Position numbers and translations under genes: made by a program. From positions 21,824,001-21,888,000 of the forward strand of contig OZ059900.1 of NCBI GenBank assembly GCA_964057225.1: 64,000 nucleotides of DNA, read 5' to 3'. A model generated the notes under the pieces. The model saw nothing but the letters and a program-made list of their open reading frames with translations, did not search any database and was not told where the DNA came from. Origin of the DNA: Auanema rhodensis. Lineage: Eukaryota > Animalia > Nematoda. Of the stretch, positions 39,901-53,699 are shown piece after piece. Within the stretch, counting starts at the first letter, position 1; each line of letters opens with the position of its first letter.

Positions 39901-42900
39901 ATATTTCTCATGGGAAATACTGTGTTTTTGTATTTTTCTAGTGTTCAGCATGTAAAATGCTTCATTTTAGTATGTAACACGCTGAAATTCGTTGCATTTG
40001 ACGACTCATATGAACAAAAATCGATTTAATCAATATTAGCTATAAGGGGCGTGCCCTCAGAATATGCTAATTTCCTTAATTTTCTAACCCCTGTTTTTTT
40101 GTCGTGAAAGTGGAACTAGACGTTGTACGAACAATTTTGAGCTAAGTTTCATTGACATTGCATGAGTTTGAACACATGAAATCGTAAGTCAAAACCTTGT
40201 TTACAGCGAAATTTCCAAAAACTGGTTTTCCAGCATAATAAAATATTTCTCATGGGAAATACTGTGTTTTTGTATTTTTCTAGTGTTCAGCATGTAAAAT
40301 GCTTCATTTTAGTATGTAACACGCTGTAATTCGTTGCATTTGACGACTCATATGAACAAAAATCGATTTAATCAATATTAGCCATAAGGGGCGTGCCCTC
40401 AGAATATGCTAATTTCCTTAATTTTCTAACCCCTGTTTTTTTGTCGTGAAAGTGGAACTAGACGTTGTACGAACAATTTTGAGCTAAGTTTCATTGACAT
40501 TGCATGAGTTTGAACACATGAAATCGTAAGTCAAAACCTTGTTTACAGCGAAATTTCCAAAAACTGGTTTTCCAGCATAATAAAATATTTCTCATGGGAA
40601 ATACTGTGTTTTTGTATTTTTCTAGTGTTCAGCATGTAAAATGCTTCATTTTAGTATGTAACACGCTGTAATTTGTTGCATTTGACGACTCATATGAACA
40701 AAAATCGATTTAATCAATATTAGCCATAAGGGGCGTGCCCTCAGAATATGCTAATTTCCTTAATTTTCTAACCCCTGTTTTTTTGTCGTGAAAGTGGAAC
40801 TAGACGTTGTACGAACAATTTTGAGCTAGGTTTCATTGACATTGCATGAGTTTGAACACATGAAATCGTAAGTCAAAACCTTGTTTACAGCGAAATTTCC
40901 AAAAACTGGTTTTCCAGCATAATAAAATATTTCTCATGGGAAATACTGTGTTTTTGTATTTTACTAGTGTTCAGCATGTAAAATGCTTCATTTTAGTATG
41001 TAACACGCTGAAATTCGTTGCATTTGACGACTCATATGAACAAAAATCGATTTAATCAATATTAGCCATAAGGGGCGTGCCCTCAGAATATGCTAATTTC
41101 CTTAATTTTCTAACCCCTGTTTTTTTGTCGTGAAAGTGGAACTAGACGTTGTACGAACAATTTTGAGCTAGGTTTCATTGACATTGCATGAGTTTGAACA
41201 CATGAAATCGTAAGTCAAAACCTTGTTTACAGCGAAATTTCCAAAAACTGGTTTTCCAGCATAATAAAATATTTCTCATGGGAAATACTGTGTTTTTGCA
41301 TTTTTCTAGTGTTCAGCATGTAAAATGCTTCATTTTAGTATGTAACACGCTGAAATTCGTTGCATTTGACGACTCATATGAACAAAAATCGATTTAATCA
41401 ATATTAGCCATAAGGGGCGTGCCCTCAGAATATGCTAATTTCCTTAATTTTCTAACCCCTGTTTTTTTGTCGTGAAAGTGGAACTAGGCGTTGTACGAAC
41501 AATTTTGAGCTAGGTTTCATTGACATTGCATGAGTTTGAACACATGAAATCGTAAGTGAAAACCTTGTTTACAGCGAAATTTCCAAAAACTGGTTTTCCA
41601 GCATAATAAAATATTTCTCATGGGAAATACTGTGTTTTTGTATTTTTCTAGTGTTCAGCATGTAAAATGCTTCATTTTAGTATGTAACACGCTGAAATTC
41701 GTTGCATTTGACGACTCATATGAACAAAAATCGATTTAATCAATATTAGCCATAAGGGGCGTGCCCTCAGAATATGCTAACTTCCTTAATTTTCTAACCC
41801 CTGTTTTTTTGTCGTGAAAGTGGAACTAGACGTTGTACGAACAATTTTGAGCTAGGTTTCATTGACATTGCATGAGTTTGAACACATGAAATCGTAAGTC
41901 AAAACCTTGTTTACAGCGAAATTTCCAAAAACTGGTTTTCCAGCATAATAAAATATTTCTCATGGGAAATACTGTGTTTTTGTTTTTTTCTAGTGTTCAG
42001 CATGTAAAATGCTTAATTTTAGTATGTAACACGCTGAAATTCGTTGCATTTGACGACTCATATGAACAAAAATCGATTTAATCAATATTAGCCATAAGGG
42101 GCGTGCCCTCAGAATATGCTAATTTCCTTAATTTTCTAACCCCTGTTTTTTTGTCGTGAAAGTGGAACTAGACGTTGTACGAACAATTTTGAGCTAGGTT
42201 TCATTGACATTGCATGAGTTTGAACACATGAAATCGTAAGTCAAAACCTTGTTTACAGCGAAATTTCCAAAAACTGGTTTTCCAGCATAATAAAATATTT
42301 CTCATGGGAAATACTGTGTTTTTGTATTTTTCTAGTGTTCAGCATGTAAAATGCTTCATTTTAGTATGTAACACGCTGAAATTCGTTGCATTTGACGACT
42401 CATATGAACAAAAATCGATTTAATCAATATTAGCCATAAGGGGCGTGCCCTCAGAATATGCTAATTTCCTTAATTTTCTAACCCCTGTTTTTTTGTCGTG
42501 AAAGTGGAACTAGACGTTGTACGAACAATTTTGAGCTAGGTTTCATTGACATTGCATGAGTTTGAACACATGAAATCGTAAGTCAAAACCTTGTTTACAG
42601 CGAAATTTCCAAAAACTGGTTTTCCAGCATAATAAAATATTTTTCATGAGAAATACTGTGTTTTTGTATTTTTCTAGTGTTCAGCATGTAAAATGCTTCA
42701 TTTTAGTATGTAACACGCTGAAATTCGTTGCATTTGACGACTCATATGAACAAAAATCGATTTAATCAATATTAGCCATAAGGGGCGTGCCCTCAGAATA
42801 TGCTAATTTCCTTAATTTTCTAACCCCTGTTTTTTTTGTCGTGAAAGTGGAACTAGACGTTGTACAAACAATTTTGAGCTAGGTTTCATTGACATTGCAT

Positions 42901-45900
42901 GAATTTGAACACATGAAATCGTAAGTGAAAACCTTGTTTACAGCGAAATTTCCAAAAACTGGTTTTCCAGCATAATAAAATATTTCTCATGGGAAATACT
43001 GTGTTTTTGTATTTTTCTAGTGTTCAGCATGTAAAATGCTTCATTTTAGTATGTAACACGCTGAAATTCGTTGCATTTGACGACTCATATGAACAAAAAT
43101 CGATTTAATCAATATTAGCCATAAGGGGCGTGCCCTCAGAATATGCTAATTTCCTTAATTTTCTAACCCCTGTTTTTTTGTCGTGAAAGTGGAACTAGGC
43201 GTTGTACGAACAATTTTGAGCTAGGTTTCATTGACATTGCTTGAGTTTGAACACATGAAATCGTAAGTGAAAACCTTGTTTACAGCGAAATTTCCAAAAA
43301 CTGGTTTTCCAGCATAATAAAATATTTCTCATGGGAAATACTGTGTTTTTGTATTTTTCTAGTGTTCAGCATGTAAAATGCTTCATTTTAGTATGTAACA
43401 CGCTGAAATTCGTTGCATTTGACGACTCATATGAACAAAAATCGATTTAATCAATATTAGCCATAAGGGGCGTGCCCTCAGAATATGCTAACTTCCTTAA
43501 TTTTCTAACCCCTGTTTTTTTGTCGTGAAAGTGGAACTAGACGTTGTACGAACAATTTTGAGCTAGGTTTCATTGATATTGCATGAGTTTGAACACATGA
43601 AATCGTAAGTCAAAACCTTGTTTACAGCGAAATTTCCAAAAACTGGTTTTCCAGCATAATAAAATATTTCTCATGGGAAATACTGTGTTTTTGTATTTTT
43701 CTAGTGTTCAGCATGTAAAATGCTTCATTTTAGTATGTAACACGCTGAAATTCGTTACATTTGACGACTCATATGAACAAAAATCGATTTAATCAATATT
43801 AGCCATAAGGGGCGTGCCCTCAGAATATGCTAATTTCCTTAATTTTCTAACCCCTGTTTTTTTGTCGTGAAAGTGGAACTAGACGTTGTACGAACAATTT
43901 TGAGCTAGGTTTCATTGACATTGCATGAGTTTGAACACATGAAATCGTAAGTCAAAACCTTGTTTACAGCGAAATTTCCAAAAACTGGTTTTCCAGCATA
44001 ATAAAATATTTCTCATGGGAAATACTGTGTTTTTGTATTTTTCTAGTGTTCAGCATGTAAAATGCTTCATTTTAGTATGTAACACGCTGAAATTCGTTGC
44101 ATTTGACGACTCATATGAACAAAAATCGATTTAATCAATATTAGCTATAAGGGGCGTGCCCTCAGAATATGCTAATTTCCTTAATTTTCTAACCCCTGTT
44201 TTTTTGTCGTGAAAGTGGAACTAGACGTTGTACGAACAATTTTGAGCTAAGTTTCATTGACATTGCATGAGTTTGAACACATGAAATCGTAAGTCAAAAC
44301 CTTGTTTACAGCGAAATTTCCAAAAACTGGTTTTCCAGCATAATAAAATATTTCTCATGGGAAATACTGTGTTTTTGTATTTTTCTAGTGTTCAGCATGT
44401 AAAATGCTTCATTTTAGTATGTAACACGCTGTAATTCGTTGCATTTGACGACTCATATGAACAAAAATCGATTTAATCAATATTAGCCATAAGGGGCGTG
44501 CCCTCAGAATATGCTAATTTCCTTAATTTTCTAACCCCTGTTTTTTTGTCGTGAAAGTGGAACTAGACGTTGTACGAACAATTTTGAGCTAGGTTTCATT
44601 GACATTGCATGAGTTTGAACACATGAAATCGTAAGTCAAAACCTTGTTTACAGCGAAATTTCCAAAAACTGGTTTTCCAGCATAATAAAATATTTCTCAT
44701 GGGAAATACTGTGTTTTTGTATTTTACTAGTGTTCAGCATGTAAAATACTTCATTTTAGTATGTAACACGCTGAAATTCGTTGCATTTGACGACTCATAT
44801 GAACAAAAATCGATTTAATCAATATTAGCCATAAGGGGCGTGCCCTCAGAATATGCTAATTTCCTTAATTTTCTAACCCCTGTTTTTTTGTCGTGAAAGT
44901 GGAACTAGACGTTGTACGAACAATTTTGAGCTAGGTTTCATTGACATTGCATGAGTTTGAACACATGAAATCGTAAGTCAAAACCTTGTTTACAGCGAAA
45001 TTTCCAAAAACTGGTTTTCCAGCATAATAAAATATTTCTCATGGGAAATACTGTGTTTTTGTATTTTTCTAGTGTTCAGCATGTAAAATGCTTCATTTTA
45101 GTATGTAACACGCTGAAATTCGTTGCATTTGACGACTCATATGAACAAAAATCGATTTAATCAATATTAGCCATAAGGGGCGTGCCCTCAGAATATGCTA
45201 ATTTCCTTAATTTTCTAACCCCTGTTTTTTTGTCGTGAAAGTGGAACTAGGCGTTGTACGAACAATTTTGAGCTAGGTTTCATTGACATTGCATGAGTTT
45301 GAACACATGAAATCGTAAGTGAAAACCTTGTTTACAGCGAAATTTCCAAAAACTGGTTTTCCAGCATAATAAAATATTTCTCATGGGAAATACTGTGTTT
45401 TTGTATTTTTCTAGTGTTCAGCATGTAAAATGCTTCATTTTAGTATGTAACACGCTGAAATTCGTTGCATTTGACGACTCATATGAACAAAAATCGATTT
45501 AATCAATATTAGCCATAAGGGGCGTGCCCTCAGAATATGCTAACTTCCTTAATTTTCTAACCCCTGTTTTTTTGTCGTGAAAGTGGAACTAGACGTTGTA
45601 CGAACAATTTTGAGCTAGGTTTCATTGACATTGCATGAGTTTGAACACATGAAATCGTAAGTCAAAACCTTGTTTACAGCGAAATTTCCAAAAACTGGTT
45701 TTCCAGCATAATAAAATATTTCTCATGGGAAATACTGTGTTTTTGTTTTTTTCTAGTGTTCAGCATGTAAAATGCTTAATTTTAGTATGTAACACGCTGA
45801 AATTCGTTGCATTTGACGACTCATATGAACAAAAATCGATTTAATCAATATTAGCCATAAGGGGCGTGCCCTCAGAATATGCTAATTTCCTTAATTTTCT

Positions 45901-48900
45901 AACCCCTGTTTTTTTGTCGTGAAAGTGGAACTAGACGTTGTACGAACAATTTTGAGCTAGGTTTCATTGACATTGCATGAGTTTGAACACATGAAATCGT
46001 AAGTCAAAACCTTGTTTACAGCGAAATTTCCAAAAACTGGTTTTCCAGCATAATAAAATATTTCTCATGGGAAATACTGTGTTTTTGTATTTTTCTAGTG
46101 TTCAGCATGTAAAATGTTTCATTTTAGTATGTAACACGCTGAAATTCGTTACATTTGACGACTCATATGAACAAAAATCGATTTAATCAATATTAGCCAT
46201 AAGGGGCGTGCCCTCAGAATATGCTAATTTCCTTAATTTTCTAACCCCTGTTTTTTTGTCGTGAAAGTGGAACTAGACGTTGTACGAACAATTTTGAGCT
46301 AGGTTTCATTGACATTGCATGAGTTTGAACACATGAAATCGTAAGTCAAAACCTTGTTTACAGCGAAATTTCCAAAAACTGGTTTTCCAGCATAATAAAA
46401 TATTTCTCATGGGAAATACTGTGTTTTTGTATTTTTCTAGTGTTCAGCATGTAAAATGCTTCATTTTAGTATGTAACACGCTGAAATTCGTTGCATTTGA
46501 CGACTCATATGAACAAAAATCGATTTAATCAATATTAGCCATAAGGGGCGTGCCCTCAGAATATGCTAATTTCCTTAATTTTCTAACCCCTGTTTTTTTG
46601 TCGTGAAAGTGGAACTAGACGTTGTACGAACAATTTTGAGCTAGGTTTCATTGACATTGCATGAGTTTGAACACATGAAATCGTAAGTCAAAACCTTGTT
46701 TACAGCGAAATTTCCAAAAACTGGTTTTCCAGCATAATAAAATATTTTTCATGAGAAATACTGTGTTTTTGTATTTTTCTAGTGTTCAGCATGTAAAATG
46801 CTTCATTTTAGTATGTAACACGCTGAAATTCGTTGCATTTGACGACTCATATGAACAAAAATCGATTTAATCAATATTAGCCATAAGGGGCGTGCCCTCA
46901 GAATATGCTAATTTCCTTAATTTTCTAACCCCTGTTTTTTTTGTCGTGAAAGTGGAACTAGACGTTGTACAAACAATTTTGAGCTAGGTTTCATTGACAT
47001 TGCATGAATTTGAACACATGAAATCGTAAGTCAAAACCTTGTTTACAGCGAAATTTCCAAAAACTGGTTTTCCAGCATAATAAAATATTTCTCATGGGAA
47101 ATACTGTGTTTTTGTATTTTTCTAGTGTTCAGCATGTAAAATGCTTCATTTTAGTATGTAACACGCTGAAATTCGTTGCATTTGACGACTCATATGAACA
47201 AAAATCGATTTAATCAATATTAGCCATAAGGGGCGTGCCCTCAGAATATGCTAATTTCCTTAATTTTCTAACCCCTGTTTTTTTGTCGTGAAAGTGGAAC
47301 TAGGCGTTGTACGAACAATTTTGAGCTAGGTTTCATTGACATTGCTTGAGTTTGAACACATGAAATCGTAAGTGAAAACCTTGTTTACAGCGAAATTTCC
47401 AAAAACTGGTTTTCCAGCATAATAAAATATTTCTCATGGGAAATACTGTGTTTTTGTATTTTTCTAGTGTTCAGCATGTAAAATGCTTCATTTTAGTATG
47501 TAACACGCTGAAATTCGTTGCATTTGACGACTCATATGAACAAAAATCGATTTAATCAATATTAGCCATAAGGGGCGTGCCCTCAGAATATGCTAACTTC
47601 CTTAATTTTCTAACCCCTGTTTTTTTGTCGTGAAAGTGGAACTAGACGTTGTACGAACAATTTTGAGCTAGGTTTCATTGATATTGCATGAGTTTGAACA
47701 CATGAAATCGTAAGTCAAAACCTTGTTTACAGCGAAATTTCCAAAAACTGGTTTTCCAGCATAATAAAATATTTCTCATGGGAAATACTGTGTTTTTGTA
47801 TTTTTCTAGTGTTCAGCATGTAAAATGCTTCATTTTAGTATGTAACACGCTGAAATTCGTTACATTTGACGACTCATATGAACAAAAATCGATTTAATCA
47901 ATATTAGCCATAAGGGGCGTGCCCTCAGAATATGCTAATTTCCTTAATTTTCTAACCCCTGTTTTTTTGTCGTGAAAGTGGAACTAGACGTTGTACGAAC
48001 AATTTTGAGCTAGGTTTCATTGACATTGCATGAGTTTGAACACATGAAATCGTAAGTCAAAACCTTGTTTACAGCGAAATTTCCAAAAACTGGTTTTCCA
48101 GCATAATAAAATATTTCTCATGGGAAATACTGTGTTTTTGTATTTTTCTAGTGTTCAGCATGTAAAATGCTTCATTTTAGTATGTAACACGCTGAAATTC
48201 GTTGCATTTGACGACTCATATGAACAAAAATCGATTTAATCAATATTAGCTATAAGGGGCGTGCCCTCAGAATATGCTAATTTCCTTAATTTTCTAACCC
48301 CTGTTTTTTTGTCGTGAAAGTGGAACTAGACGTTGTACGAACAATTTTGAGCTAAGTTTCATTGACATTGCATGAGTTTGAACACATGAAATCGTAAGTC
48401 AAAACCTTGTTTACAGCGAAATTTCCAAAAACTGGTTTTCCAGCATAATAAAATATTTCTCATGGGAAATACTGTGTTTTTGTATTTTTCTAGTGTTCAG
48501 CATGTAAAATGCTTCATTTTAGTATGTAACACGCTGTAATTCGTTGCATTTGACGACTCATATGAACAAAAATCGATTTAATCAATATTAGCCATAAGGG
48601 GCGTGCCCTCAGAATATGCTAATTTCCTTAATTTTCTAACCCCTGTTTTTTTGTCGTGAAACTGGAACTAGACGTTGTACGAACAATTTTGAGCTAGGTT
48701 TCATTGACATTGCATGAGTTTGAACACATGAAATCGTAAGTCAAAACCTTGTTTACAGCGAAATTTCCAAAAACTGGTTTTCCAGCATAATAAAATATTT
48801 CTCATGGGAAATACTGTGTTTTTGTATTTTACTAGTGTTCAGCATGTAAAATGCTTCATTTTAGTATGTAACACGCTGAAATTCGTTGCATTTGACGACT

Positions 48901-51900
48901 CATATGAACAAAAATCGATTTAATCAATATTAGCCATAAGGGGCGTGCCCTCAGAATATGCTAATTTCCTTAATTTTCTAACCCCTGTTTTTTTGTCGTG
49001 AAAGTGGAACTAGACGTTGTACGAACAATTTTGAGCTAGGTTTCATTGACATTGCATGAGTTTGAACACATGAAATCGTAAGTCAAAACCTTGTTTACAG
49101 CGAAATTTCCAAAAACTGGTTTTCCAGCATAATAAAATATTTCTCATGGGAAATACTGTGTTTTTGTATTTTTCTAGTGTTCAGCATGTAAAATGCTTCA
49201 TTTTAGTATGTAACACGCTGAAATTCGTTGCATTTGACGACTCATATGAACAAAAATCGATTTAATCAATATTAGCCATAAGGGGCGTGCCCTCAGAATA
49301 TGCTAATTTCCTTAATTTTCTAACCCCTGTTTTTTTGTCGTGAAAGTGGAACTAGGCGTTGTACGAACAATTTTGAGCTAGGTTTCATTGACATTGCATG
49401 AGTTTGAACACATGAAATCGTAAGTGAAAACCTTGTTTACAGCGAAATTTCCAAAAACTGGTTTTCCAGCATAATAAAATATTTCTCATGGGAAATACTG
49501 TGTTTTTGTATTTTTCTAGTGTTCAGCATGTAAAATGCTTCATTTTAGTATGTAACACGCTGAAATTCGTTGCATTTGACGACTCATATGAACAAAAATC
49601 GATTTAATCAATATTAGCCATAAGGGGCGTGCCCTCAGAATATGCTAATTTCCTTAATTTTCTAACCCCTGTTTTTTTGTCGTGAAAGTGGAACTAGGCG
49701 TTGAACGAACAATTTTGAGCTAGGTTTCATTGACATTGCATGAGTTTGAACACATGAAATCGTAAGTCAAAACCTTGTTTACAGCGAAATTTCCAAAAAC
49801 TGGTTTTCCAGCATAATAAAATATTTCTCATGGGAAATACTGTGTTTTTGTTTTTTTCTAGTGTTCAGCATGTAAAATGCTTAATTTTAGTATGTAACAC
49901 GCTGAAATTCGTTGCATTTGACGACTCATATGAACAAAAATCGATTTAATCAATATTAGCCATAAGGGGCGTGCCCTCAGAATATGCTAATTTCCTTAAT
50001 TTTCTAACCCCTGTTTTTTTGTCGTGAAAGTGGAACTAGACGTTGTACGAACAATTTTGAGCTAGGTTTCATTGACATTGCATGAGTTTGAACACATGAA
50101 ATCGTAAGTCAAAACCTTGTTTACAGCGAAATTTCCAAAAACTGGTTTTCCAGCATAATAAAATATTTTTCATGAGAAATACTGTGTTTTTGTATTTTTC
50201 TAGTGTTCAGAATGTAAAATGCTTCATTTTAGTATGTAACACGCTGAAATTCGTTGCATTTGACGACTCATATGAACAAAAATCGATTTAATCAATATTA
50301 GCCATAAGGGGCGTGCCCTCAGAATATGCTAATTTCCTTAATTTTCTAACCCCTGTTTTTTTTGTCGTGAAAGTGGAACTAAGCGTTGTACAAACAATTT
50401 TGAGCTAGGTTTCATTGACATTGCATGAATTTGAACACATGAAATCGTAAGTCAAAACCTTGTTTACAGCGAAATTTCCAAAAACTGGTTTTCCAGCATA
50501 ATAAAATATTTCTCATGGGAAATACTGTGTTTTTGTATTTTTCTAGTGTTCAGCATGTAAAATGCTTCATTTTAGTATGTAACACGCTGAAATTCGTTGC
50601 ATTTGACGACTCATATGAACAAAAATCGATTTAATCAATATTAGCCATAAGGGGCGTGCCCTCAGAATATGCTAACTTCCTTAATTTTCTAACCCCTGTT
50701 TTTTTGTCGTGAAAGTGGAACTAGACGTTGTACGAACAATTTTGAGCTAGGTTTCATTGACATTGCATGAGTTTGAACACATGAAATCGTAAGTCAAAAC
50801 CTTGTTTACAGCGAAATTTCCAAAAACTGGTTTTCCAGCATAATAAAATATTTCTCATGGGAAATACTGTGTTTTTGTATTTTTCTAGTGTTCAGCATGT
50901 AAAATGTTTCATTTTAGTATGTAACACGCTGAAATTCGTTACATTTGACGACTCATATGAACAAAAATCGATTTAATCAATATTAGCCATAAGGGGCGTG
51001 CCCTCAGAATATGCTAATTTCCTTAATTTTCTAACCCCTGTTTTTTTGTCGTGAAAGTGGAACTAGACGTTGTACGAACAATTTTGAGCTAGGTTTCATT
51101 GACATTGCATGAGTTTGAACACATGAAATCGTAAGTCAAAACCTTGTTTACAGCGAAATTTCCAAAAACTGGTTTTCCAGCATAATAAAATATTTCTCAT
51201 GGGAAATACTGTGTTTTTGTATTTTTCTAGTGTTCAGCATGTAAAATGCTTCATTTTAGTATGTAACACGCTGAAATTCGTTGCATTTGACGACTCATAT
51301 GAACAAAAATCGATTTAATCAATATTAGCTATAAGGGGCGTGCCCTCAGAATATGCTAATTTCCTTAATTTTCTAACCCCTGTTTTTTTGTCGTGAAAGT
51401 GGAACTAGACGTTGTACGAACAATTTTGAGCTAAGTTTCATTGACATTGCATGAGTTTGAACACATGAAATCGTAAGTCAAAACCTTGTTTACAGCGAAA
51501 TTTCCAAAAACTGGTTTTCCAGCATAATAAAATATTTCTCATGGGAAATACTGTGTTTTTGTATTTTTCTAGTGTTCAGCATGTAAAATGCTTCATTTTA
51601 GTATGTAACACGCTGAAATTCGTTGCATTTGACGACTCATATGAACAAAAATCGATTTAATCAATATTAGCCATAAGGGGCGTGCCCTCAGAATATGCTA
51701 ACTTCCTTAATTTTCTAACCCCTGTTTTTTTGTCGTGAAAGTGGAACTAGACGTTGTACGAACAATTTTGAGCTAGGTTTCATTGACATTGCATGAGTTT
51801 GAACACATGAAATCGTAAGTCAAAACCTTGTTTACAGCGAAATTTCCAAAAACTGGTTTTCCAGCATAATAAAATATTTCTCATGGGAAATACTGTGTTT

Positions 51901-53699
51901 TTGTATTTTTCTAGTGTTCAGCATGTAAAATGTTTCATTTTAGTATGTAACACGCTGAAATTCGTTACATTTGACGACTCATATGAACAAAAATCGATTT
52001 AATCAATATTAGCCATAAGGGGCGTGCCCTCAGAATATGCTAATTTCCTTAATTTTCTAACCCCTGTTTTTTTGTCGTGAAAGTGGAACTAGACGTTGTA
52101 CGAACAATTTTGAGCTAGGTTTCATTGACATTGCATGAGTTTGAACACATGAAATCGTAAGTCAAAACCTTGTTTACAGCGAAATTTCCAAAAACTGGTT
52201 TTCCAGCATAATAAAATATTTCTCATGGGAAATACTGTGTTTTTGTATTTTTCTAGTGTTCAGCATGTAAAATGCTTCATTTTAGTATGTAACACGCTGA
52301 AATTCGTTGCATTTGACGACTCATATGAACAAAAATCGATTTAATCAATATTAGCTATAAGGGGCGTGCCCTCAGAATATGCTAATTTCCTTAATTTTCT
52401 AACCCCTGTTTTTTTGTCGTGAAAGTGGAACTAGACGTTGTACGAACAATTTTGAGCTAAGTTTCATTGACATTGCATGAGTTTGAACACATGAAATCGT
52501 AAGTCAAAACCTTGTTTACAGCGAAATTTCCAAAAACTGGTTTTCCAGCATAATAAAATATTTCTCATGGGAAATACTGTGTTTTTGTATTTTTCTAGTG
52601 TTCAGCATGTAAAATGCTTCATTTTAGTATGTAACACGCTGTAATTCGTTGCATTTGACGACTCATATGAACAAAAATCGATTTAATCAATATTAGCCAT
52701 AAGGGGCGTGCCCTCAGAATATGCTAATTTCCTTAATTTTCTAACCCCTGTTTTTTTGTCGTGAAAGTGGAACTAGACGTTGTACGAACAATTTTGAGCT
52801 AAGTTTCATTGACATTGCATGAGTTTGAACACATGAAATCGTAAGTCAAAACCTTGTTTACAGCGAAATTTCCAAAAACTGGTTTTCCAGCATAATAAAA
52901 TATTTCTCATGGGAAATACTGTGTTTTTGTATTTTTCTAGTGTTCAGCATGTAAAATGCTTCATTTTAGTATGTAACACGCTGTAATTCGTTGCATTTGA
53001 CGACTCATATGAACAAAAATCGATTTAATCAATATTAGCCATAAGGGGCGTGCCCTCAGAATATGCTAATTTCCTTAATTTTCTAACCCCTGTTTTTTTG
53101 TCGTGAAAGTGGAACTAGACGTTGTACGAACAATTTTGAGCTAGGTTTCATTGACATTGCATGAGTTTGAACACATGAAATCGTAAGTCAAAACCTTGTT
53201 TACAGCGAAATTTCCAAAAACTGGTTTTCCAGCATAATAAAATATTTCTCATGGGAAATACTGTGTTTTTGTATTTTACTAGTGTTCAGCATGTAAAATG
53301 CTTCATTTTAGTATGTAACACGCTGAAATTCGTTGCATTTGACGACTCATATGAACAAAAATCGATTTAATCAATATTAGCCATAAGGGGCGTGCCCTCA
53401 GAATATGCTAATTTCCTTAATTTTCTAACCCCTGTTTTTTTGTCGTGAAAGTGGAACTAGACGTTGTACGAACAATTTTGAGCTAGGTTTCATTGACATT
53501 GCATGAGTTTGAACACATGAAATCGTAAGTCAAAACCTTGTTTACAGCGAAATTTCCAAAAACTGGTTTTCCAGCATAATAAAATATTTCTCATGGGAAA
53601 TACTGTGTTTTTGTATTTTTCTAGTGTTCAGCATGTAAAATGCTTCATTTTAGTATGTAACACGCTGAAATTCGTTGCATTTGACGACTCATATGAACA
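36938..53699 (+). repeat. Four imperfect HOR units of 13, 11, 12 and 13 monomers (copies 109-121, 122-132, 133-144, 145-157)
   Basis: Recurring order: 104G+174G | 258T+289A | ... 233T+239A (absent from the first unit) | T8+113A+150A | 55C+320A | consensus | 25T+129A+311T | 263A. Copies 125-133 and 137-145 match at a 4105-bp offset and share private 146T and 140T. Confidence 0.85.
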
